In this document: in pieces, positions 54,873 through 64,000 of the stretch
Layout: each line of letters opens with the position of its first letter
Position numbering within the stretch: the stretch's first letter is position 1
Source: Bugula neritina
Taxonomy: Eukaryota > Animalia > Bryozoa
Length of the DNA: 64,000 bases
NCBI GenBank assembly: GCA_964035545.1
Contig: OZ037765.1
Coordinates: forward strand, 9,682,698-9,746,697
Direction: 5' to 3'
Program-made: the position numbers and the translations under genes
The notes under the pieces: generated by a model
What the model was told of the DNA's origin: nothing
The model's input: the letters and a program-made list of their open reading frames with translations, nothing else
Database searches by the model: none

Positions 54873-57800
54873 ATGAGTGCCAATCTAGCATTTATCGATC
54901 TAAACGAACATGATCAGGTTGGTATTTCTTTCTTCTCACATGTTTTATTTCTAATGTTTTATTTTTGTTGTATTTTTCAACTTTAAATATATATTATATA
55001 TTGATATAATTACATTTGGGAAATCAAAATTGTAACTTATTAAGAAAAAGCTTCACTAGTGATGAGTGATTGGAAAGTAAGCGTTATGATAGACATTTCA
55101 ATTTATTTTTGTTGACTGCAAGTGTGAGAAACTGAAAAGAAAGTTTTACATGAGGCTATCGGTAGCTCTCATGTTGATACAAATTTATACAATATCTATT
55201 TGATTAGTTGAACGGTTTTACTCTTGAAAGTTACCCAATCTCTGTAATTTTAAATAAGTGGCTTCTGAGCTATACCACTATAACCTATACTTGATCGGTC
55301 CCCAGAATAGTATCAAACAAAGGCATACTTTATACTTTTATGCTGTAGCTAAATGCCAATGTAGTTATAGTCGATTCTGTTCACATAGTCATAATGATTA
55401 TACTCATTTTTGCTTGAAAAGCATGGGTCATTGATGCAAACTGTCAAACATGATTATATCTGTAACATTATTATAGTAAGTACCCCAACTCAAGTAGATA
55501 GTAGTAGTAGTAGTAGTAAAATAGTAAATCTGACTGCACAACTCTATTGATGTTGATATATCAAGTCGACTGTTTAGGCACAAGAGCTGCGGATTTATTT
55601 GAATTCCAAAGGAGCCGCTATTTCTGATCAAGGTCCTGAGGATTTTGTCGCCAACCTCAAAGAGCTTGTAGAGAAGTGCTCAGTAACATGGCAACACAGT
55701 GATTCCAACGACACAGGTATTTTTCTCGTTTCTTAATTTTGTCAATAACATGAGATAGCCTTAAACAAACGTTTTCAAATGAAAATCTTAATATTGTGTG
55801 GTACATAGAATCCTACTAAGTTACTCCTAATAACTTAATATATTGTTTAATTTTATTATGTGCAATGCAAAAGTGCTTTGAAAACTTATAGTCGTATATG
55901 TAGATTTTAGTTACAATGCAAATTTCAAACCAACTTGATCTAGTAGTCTCTTTATTAATATTATTGTATGCTTACAGAGATAGAAGCTGTTATGAACAGT
56001 CTCATCTCACTGATAATCCTGGTACCAGACTGTGAAGAGTTGGTAAATCTGTTCTGTCAGACTGTTGGAGCCATCGATGAGAAAAGTCAATGGAGTGAAG
56101 TTCGTTTGCGTGTGTATGTGTTAAACATAATTACAGCCTTTTAAACTTTTCGGAGGCTCAAAGAATTTAGCTAAAGCCTTGTTGAATCTACCTTGGATAG
56201 AGGAGATCAACATAATTTGCTATGTCCATTAATTCAACTTAATTCTACTCCATTTTCTAATTTGAGTGCATACTAAAAACATGTAAATTTATAATAGTTT
56301 TAAAGCAATTTATATTATTATGTTTTAGTACCAGCCACTAGTTATATTTGTTTTTGAAATTAAATATAAACAAATGACTTAAGAAATAGTTGTAGGACTT
56401 TTGTTTCATGTCGCACAAAGTTTTTAGGTTATGAATTTTTGTAACTGAATATTCTGTTCCCTGGTATATAATTTATAGCCTGACTGTACAGGGCAGAGTT
56501 TATTGCTGGTTTTAGGTTGTTTAGTTTGTTCAATGGATTCAATGAGACATCTGGACAGAGGCTGCCAATATACAGTGCAATGGTGAAGTTTGCAGGTCAT
56601 GTAGACCTAATGAGTTGGATCCCAACTGATGTGAAACAGGTGGGAGCATGAGATGATATTGCAAAGATGTGAAAAAAAAACATTATATTATAAAAGCTGA
56701 AGACATCCGTTAGATTTTCTCTCGTGGTGCAACTTATAAATTTAAATTTATGGTACATGTTAATGGATGATGAATATAACATATTTTAGACACAGCCATT
56801 AGTTTGTGCATTCTACAATATATTTGAGTGATTAGATGACTCGGCTATTTTGTAGGTTAGAAAGTTTGCTGAAATGTGGAATCTCTCTGTATCTAAAGCT
56901 CAAGATCTTATGAGAGGGTTACATGATGCTTTTGTAGAATGTGGGCAGAGGTGTGTATCTCAGCTTATAAGTTCTCTGTACAACCTGTGTTGTCTGTTTC
57001 CTACGACTTTTTATCTGAGGGAGCTTTATTTATAACTAACAGTGCTCAATGATGGAGCCATCACTAAATTTAATAAAGAGTTTTGTAATTTACCTACAGT
57101 CATCTAGGAAAAACCAAACAAAGAATGTGCTACCTGGGGATTGCAATGAATAGTTGAAATATTTTGGGAGTTATCTACTTGACAGACATTTATAACTGGT
57201 TGATGCATTTGGATAACTAGGGCTTTGTACATCACAAGTTACTTTGCTGGTGAAGGAAATTTGAAAGCATCCTATTGGTATTACCTGCTGTAGAAAAGCT
57301 CTATACCTATTACTAAAATGTTGGGGTTTTTATTCAAGTGAATCTTGCAAGTTTTATAAGATTACATACATTACTGTATGGTGTGTTTGTAGGGAAAGTG
57401 CCAGCAAAGTTATGATAGAGCTACTTGGTTCATACACTGACAGCACAGCTTCTCAAGCTAAAGATGACGCCCAAAAATGTATCGTAGCTTCCATTGCCGA
57501 TCCTAAAACGTTCCTCTTTGATCACCTACTCAGTTTGAAGCCAGTAAAATTACTAGATGGACATTTGATCTATGAGGTAGGATATAGTCTGTTGGTCTGT
57601 TTTTATAATATATTGGTAAAGCAACTACTACCTGCAATATGTGGTTATCACTTTGTAAAAACAAAGAATAACTCAACTCTTCATTTGTCAAAATTCTAGA
57701 TGTTGTACTTTTTTCTCACTTTCACCTCTTGCTTACCATTTTTTCCGTTTTGCAGCTGTTTCACTTATACTAGAAGTAAAGTCACTTCGCATAGTTGTTT

Positions 57801-59367
57801 ATATTGTTGCTTTCATCTACCATGCTTAATTTAATATATATTCTTTGATGTAAGCATTAATCATAATTTTTTTTCAAAAAAGAACATCAATTTGCTAGTC
57901 CTATTGAAATGTAAAAATATTTCATGTAGCAATCAACTACATGGTGTGACTACAATTGCAATAAATACATTTTCGTTATCTATTTCAGCTGCTAATGATC
58001 TTCGTTTCTGGAAAACTATCAGATTATAGAGCCTTCTCAGCAAAAAATGGAGAATTCATAAAGACACTAGGTATGTTGAATCAACATAGCTCTTAACAAG
58101 TGTACATTGCTGCAGAGTTTCCTCTGTACATCGTTTAACTGCATGAATGAAGAAGGCTCCATTTTTGCATCCATTAAAACGTCCTTCCATATAATGTTAT
58201 AATAAAGATAAATCAAGTATTAAATTGTGTTTTGTTTGTCAAAGAGCTGCCAGACCTATCAGATTTCAGTTTGAATGTATAGGGAACATTCAGTTTATTT
58301 TATGTAAAACCAACAATATTCGGTGCTAAGAAATATCAACTGTGAAAATTTAAAAACTTTTACATCATCTTGTATGTATATATCAATACACATTGTCACT
58401 CTGCTGTTTAATATTCATTTAAAGAGTTTTATGTTCTAAAGGATTGAATGACTCACAGAACATACAGAAAATGAAACTGTTGACGTTTCTACATCTTGTG
58501 GAAGGGAAAAGCAGCGTTGACTTCAAGACTGTACAGCATGAAGCAGATATTGAGGCTGAAGAAGTTGAGCAGTTTGTGATTGATGGTGAGCTTGTAACTT
58601 GAGAACCAAACCTGACACTTATTGTTTTATAAAATAGTTCAAGCTAAGCAAATACTTCTGAAAAAGTGTGCATAGAAAACAAAAAACCGGTTTTGTAACT
58701 AGTTATGTTCATATAAATAAACTCATGATAAAAGCTTTGGATGACTGGGTGCAGAAAACATCGTAAGGGTTCAATTATAAAATTTGTCTTGTTGGCTAAC
58801 TTAAAACATTAGTAGGTTAGCTCACCCATAACACTGGGAAAGAAGATATTGTCAATATGTCAACAACTACTGCACTACATCAATAACAGCACACCCTTTG
58901 ATGCTTTATTTTAGGGCTCAAGCTACCTACTACTGTGCCATGCATTCAATTTACCTAACCTAAACCTAACAGCGTACCTTTAATTTTTTGTGTTGTGTAT
59001 TTTTAGAGGTAGTAACTTATTGCTGAATATTGTAATTAGGCTTAAACGTAGGGCTGTTGCTCTATCAAACATAATAGCTGTCCAGACTTTGTAGTGGTGT
59101 GAACAGTAGGTGCATTATGCTTCAGTTAATCATCATGGAATTCACAATGGTATTTTTAAATGTTATTCTCTGCTTATAGCTGTCAAGACTAACACCGTCA
59201 CTGCTAAGATTGATCAGATGAATAGGAAAGTGATCGTTACTTCCTCAACTCAACGTACGTTTGGCAAACAGAATTGGCTGGAACTGAGCTACCAGCTGGA
59301 GCAATGGAGAAGCAACTTAGAAAAAACCAATGATGGATTTCAGATGATAATGGAGCAAGCACAGTAA
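54873..59367 (+). CDS. EIF3M: Eukaryotic translation initiation factor 3 subunit M; multi-exon
   Basis: MSANLAFIDLNEHDQ (54873-54917) | AQELRIYLNSKGAAIS | EIEAVMNSLISLIIL | ... | ASKVMIELLGSYTDSTASQAKDDAQKCIVASIADPKTFLFDHLLSLKPVKLLDG | LLMIFVSGKL | NIQKMKLLTFL...VEQFVID | AVKTNTVTAKIDQMNRKVIVTSSTQRTFGKQNW...*. Collinear with recalled human EIF3M. Confidence 0.95.
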
Positions 59368-59400
59368 CTGATAAATAGCATTGTTTTTCTTTAAATTTCT

Positions 59401-59414
59401 TTTATTGCAATAAA
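59401..59414. terminator. Palindromic two-strand polyadenylation signal TTTATTGCAATAAA
   Basis: AATAAA on + (59409-59414) and on - (59406-59401), within the 94-bp gap between the EIF3M and WDR83OS stop codons. Confidence 0.7.
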
Positions 59415-59461
59415 TATTACTATTTGCATTATCTACACACGATTAAATTATTTTTCTCTCA

Positions 59462-61670
59462 TCACTGCCACGGAGGTGTTAGGGGTGTTGGGTTTTGCAT
59501 ATAGGACATGGCTACTGCTGATATTGATAACCTGTAAAATCAAAGTAAATAATTTGTAATAAAAACAATGGGTTAGCTATACAGCTTGAAAGAGCACAAT
59601 GCAATAACTTGTATGAACCACAATTGAAATTGCCAAGTATTAGTAACCCTCTATTCCTGTGGATTGTTCTTGGTTGAGATATATAATGTACTTACACGAA
59701 GCTACTAAATATTTGTTTGCCGTCATCTGAATTTTTACTGTGAGCAAATCCCATCAACGCACAATAGACTGCACACCAAGCACACCATTTAATCTAAAAT
59801 ATACATTTGTATTATATAGAAGCACTGAGGGCATGAGAAGTTTAAATTTATGAAAATAGTTTTGTCGGTGAGCTAGAAAAGTTATTGTTTAGTAAATAAT
59901 AGACAAAAATATTTGGCAGGAGTAATAAAGTACCTTAATCATAAGCCCACATAAACTAAATACCATTCCTAAAAGGTTCAAATAGTCTGATGTCAATTCT
60001 TCCTGTAGGTTACTTTGATCGGAGTTGAACCTGGAACATAAGTGGACAGTTCAATAACCTGTTGAATTCATTCACCTATCATATTTTTAAGCTGAGCCTA
60101 TTAGGGATAAAATACCTACCTAAGCTGTTGGATTTTAACAAACATAGGACTGGTAAAATACAACATGTGCATATTATTATCTGCCAAATAACACTAACAG
60201 AGTAAGTGTAAGTAAGCAATTGGACAAGAGCAATAGAAGCAACTGAGCCAGAACCAGAATTAAAGAATATAAATTCATATTTAGAATATGGGTCATTTTA
60301 CTTAATTTAGTACACACTAGAAATCTCCAGTTTTTAGCTATATTTTACAATTTAGCTGCTAATGAACATGGGTTTTTGCCCAAAACTAGTAAAATAACAA
60401 TAACTACACCTAAATAATCAAAGTTCTTTTGTATTTTGCATGATTTCCCATGCTTTTTCCTAATTAGCTACTTTCGATTGAAGACGGTTATGGTTTTTTT
60501 GTAATACAAATTGGCTAAATAAATAGGAAAAAACATGGCAAATCAAGCAAAATTAAGAAGAACTGTGATTATTTAGGTGTATTTATTGATATATTACTAG
60601 TTTTGGGCAAAAACCCATGCTCATTAGCAGCTAAATTGTGAAAAATAGCTAAAAACTGGAGATTTCCAGTGTGTAGTAATTAAGTAAAATGACCCATATA
60701 TGAATACATAATTTCTAGCAAATTGTTTTTATCATTTTGTTGCAGTTGACTAATTGCACCTGGATTGACTCTTGGAAAGATAGGCAAAATTGCACAGCAG
60801 CAGGGCGACTACATAATCAAGCCGTGATATATAAATTGTATAAATAGTCCTAAGCTATTGTATTCGTTAATTAGAAAAACCCTAGGATTTGTTGAAGTTA
60901 ATATGATAAAATACATTGGAAATGGACAAATTACATTCACATGAGCATTCATACAGCTGTATAAAAACTGCTTCCAGCTATTTCATATACTTTATTTCAT
61001 TTTATGTAAAACTCAGACTTAGTCATTTCAATTCTGAGCAATATTCTACTTCTTTTCTCATTCATTGTGATTATTGAGCACAATCACATTAGATCAAGCT
61101 ATAACAATAAGAGCAAACCTTAAGAATGAAACAACTTAGAAATTTTATCAACTACAATTCTATGTTGATGACCATTATTAATTATTCTAAGTCAAGTTAA
61201 AATTTTATATACAGTAAAACCCATACTTTTAGACTTAGTTCAAGGGTTAGCCTATCCATATTTCTTCAACTTTAATTAAATTCGTTCTCTGTCTAACTTC
61301 AAGGACTAATAATTTCCCAGTAATGACATTTACGTTAAAAAAATGAGATGTAAATAATTATTTACTATTAGTAATTTCTTTAAATTAGGGAGCAGCCATG
61401 GTCTAGGGGTTAGAGCGTTTGCCTAGTAAACACGAGGTCATGGGTACGAGCCTGGACAAAGACCATTGGCGATGTTAGGAAGAGCATCCAGTCACAATTG
61501 CTATCAAAAACCCTTTCTATCACGGGTTTCGCACAGGGATGGTGACTATAAACTTGCGTGAGCTTTTTTGAGTAATTTCTTTAAATTAAACAATTATAAT
61601 ACTAATAGTAATAGTAAATGTAATACCTTCTGACATTATCTGGTCTTCGGAGATCATTTGCTGAATTCAT
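59462..61670 (-). CDS. WDR83OS: Asterix / PAT complex subunit (WDR83OS); 4 coding exons
   Basis: Exons: 61670-61627 [15 protein letters not shown]; ~60031-59934 [32 protein letters not shown]; ~59793-59696 [33 protein letters not shown]; ~59531-59462 [22 protein letters not shown]. Matches recalled human Asterix ([24 protein letters not shown]...[21 protein letters not shown]). Probable 5'UTR exon ending at a donor near 62308. Missed by the ORF track. Confidence 0.93.
60286..60699. mobile_element. Foldback / MITE-like element (long imperfect inverted repeat) in a WDR83OS intron
   Basis: Left arm ATATGGGTCATTTTACTTAATT...CTCCAGTTTTTAGCTA...ATGGGTTTTTGCCCAAAACTAGTAA...TACACCTAAATAATCA is the reverse complement of the right arm TGATTATTTAGGTGTA...TTACTAGTTTTGGGCAAAAACCCAT...TAGCTAAAAACTGGAG...AATTAAGTAAAATGACCCATAT. 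Arms are ~180 bp, with no ORF. Confidence 0.88.
61388..61570 (+). mobile_element. tRNA-derived SINE, copy 2, with an 18-bp target-site duplication
   Basis: Flanked by exact direct repeats AGTAATTTCTTTAAATTA (61370-61387 and 61571-61588). tRNA-like head; homologous to 50838-51043. Confidence 0.88.
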
Positions 61671-61779
61671 TTCAATTTCAATTTGGTTTTGAGTCTTCTG
61701 AGAATATGGCTTGGCCTGACTGAAGAAATAAATATAATTAAATAACTAAAAAGTAATTTCAAGAGCAAGTCATAGATTA

Positions 61780-62260
61780 TAGTAATAGTTATTACTATTA
61801 GTATTACTATTAGCATTAATAATACTAATACTAATAGTAATACTAATACTATTACAATTAGTATTATTAATACTAATAGTAATGATAATATTATTACTAA
61901 TAGTAATACTAATACTGAATTACTTAGTCTTATACTTATAAGTTATAGTTAAAGTTATACAGTTATACTAATACTTATACTTATACATTAATTTATAGTT
62001 AGTGTTACAGAGAAACTATCATATCAATATGAATATGACTATGAGTATGAGCATATCAACATGAATGTGAAATTGGATATGACAATAAATGAATAATCAT
62101 AAAATTAAAAATAAGCTAACTTCGATATTTAAATTTATTTTTTATATCAAATAATCAATTACCCTTCCACTTTGGGCCTTTCAGTTTTTATATCAAATTC
62201 AATATCAATATGAATTAGAATATGAATACAAACTGAAACCTAACTAATAATAATATCAAT
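61780..62260. repeat. Low-complexity tri-/hexanucleotide tract in the presumed WDR83OS 5' intron
   Basis: Runs of aatact/aatagt, tatact/tatagt and atatga/atatca. Confidence 0.8.
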
Positions 62261-63242
62261 ATGAAGAGATGGCAGGGAAACATTCCTTTCAAAAACTAGT
62301 GTCTCACCTTGACTAGAGCTTTACTTAATGATGACTGCCAATTTGAACATTGACCACTTCAAGTTCAAACCCACCTTTTGAGCTAAAACTAAAAGCAAAG
62401 CAAAAATAGTGTACCCTAGAATTTCAGATAAAAAAGGAAGTCAGAAATTTGCTAACTTTTCTATTACCGTGAGCATCGAGACTAAGGGTTTCGAAAGCAA
62501 AGTCGAAAGGGCAACTCCCAAATGTACTTTATATAACGCAATTTATTACATGTATGTATTTCAATTTTTTGTATATACTTATATGCAAGTGTATACGTAT
62601 ATTACAAGCCAACAGTGCTGTTTAATACTGTGAATATGGTTAACTACTGTGATTTCAACTGCACATAAATCGATATCATTACCAATATTAGTTATTAAAT
62701 GTGTTTTTATAAATAGTCAAGCCAAATGTTGCAGTATCAATATATGCTACACATTAATGCTCGTGACATGAAAGTATTGATATACATATTAATTAATTAC
62801 TTGATGAAAATTTAAAAATAAGTTGAAGTTTTCAAATTTTATAATCTAAAAGTAAAATGCTCTAGCTTGAAAATGTTTGAGCATATATTGCATGCAAGCC
62901 AACAAAATTATAATAGCATCATAATAAAGCATTTATTTTCAGATACTAACCAAAAGATTCTTGTTCATATTTTTTAATATTCCTTAACAAACCAATATTC
63001 TGGATTCAAAAATTTCAAGCAGGTATTTAAGAATAATTCGTAAGATGAGTTTTTGATCTATAATAAATTTTGCTGTATATTGAGCCAAGTCATGCAGTTA
63101 TCAACCCATGTGAATGCATTACAAGCAAAAAATATAAACCACTGCAAAAGAGACAAAATAGGCAATGCATAGGCTATTACAGTTATGACAGTGAAGTGGA
63201 GGTTTTTAAGTTCTTTAATGGACTCACTAAGTAATATTATGA

Positions 63243-63610
63243 TGTAACTCTCGGGTTAGTTGAGGGGGGCTGGTATATTGTACGGGTTGCTTGGCTTGGT
63301 TTTAGAGGTAACTCCAGTTCCTTTCCCTCTGTAGAAAGGCCTCTGGGTTTTGGTAATTAGCTGGTAATACTCTGCAGTCTAGAATCTAGGGCTAAGCACT
63401 CACTAGCACACCCTAAAATATTCCTATTAGGTTTCTCTACTTATTCACAATCTCTCTGTATGTACACAAGTTCTGTATATTCAGAACTTTGTATTCACAC
63501 GAACTCAGTATCTGCAGTCTCAATTTTTAGCATCTCTCACTCTCTTATATATTTCTTGAATTATTCTTATTTATCATGTAAGCCACATCTACACTAAATA
63601 CTTATATTAC
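63243..63610 (-). mobile_element. Possible degenerate LTR-like fragment
   Basis: GC-richer segment beginning TGTAAC, with a minus-strand TATATAAGAG near 63545. No matching CA end or TSD confirmed. Confidence 0.25.
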
Positions 63611-64000
63611 TGAAGCTATATTTACTTATATAGAGTTGTGCTCTCTATGCAAGAGAAGATCACTAACCAAGTTGAAAAATGATGGAGCACATCTGCAAAG
63701 CTGGTATAATATTTGAGGGCAAGTGTCAGTTTTGGAAGACAGCTTTAAGATATATTCCCAAAATAAACTGGTTCGATTGTAATAAACTCAAATCTTAAAG
63801 TTATAGAAACTATAACTGAATAATTTTAATTGGCAATCAGCAGAGGATGATAATTTTAGTGAGAGACTTTAGTTTTTCCATGCCTCAATTGATTAAAGTT
63901 TAATTTTGCATAAATGCTTATATTGTATATAAAAAGACATCATATTTTTATTTGAACCATTTGATTATTTGATTATAATCTGTCTTTACAATAACTAATA

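Noticed and set aside
1-64000. Prokaryotic systems (operons, CRISPR arrays, IS elements, rRNA)
   Set aside because: The window consists of spliceosomal-intron animal genes; no such signatures were seen.

Overview
AT-rich, gene-dense, intron-containing eukaryotic DNA from an invertebrate animal (lineage not determinable from sequence alone). Seven spliced protein-coding genes can be reconstructed by hand: the 3' part of a KMT2C/D (MLL3/4, trr-like) H3K4 methyltransferase (+, to 19124); SMARCC1/2 (BAF155/170, moira) (-, 19802-29733); COPZ1 (+, 30358-33821); a divergent neprilysin/ECE-family (M13) metallopeptidase (+, 34376-44182); a CYLD-like deubiquitinase (-, 44747-51163 or further upstream); EIF3M (+, 54873-59367); and Asterix/WDR83OS (-, 59462-61670). 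Non-coding elements include three tRNA-derived SINEs, a ~410 bp foldback element, two LTR-like fragments and promoter-flanking degenerate hexamer repeats. The most unusual feature is the M13 locus. It has two paralogous, apparently mutually exclusive N-terminal modules of 233 and 232 codons, each with its own ATG, transmembrane anchor and cysteine-rich stalk. One module has two introns and the other has none. Both end at the same homologous phase-0 donor, upstream of one shared catalytic region with a remodelled active site. Also notable are a CYLD-like enzyme with YxxGYxxG repeats and no recognisable CAP-Gly domain, and a 14-bp palindromic two-strand poly(A) signal between two convergent genes. 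All exon coordinates were read manually and may be off by a few bases. No database searches were run.
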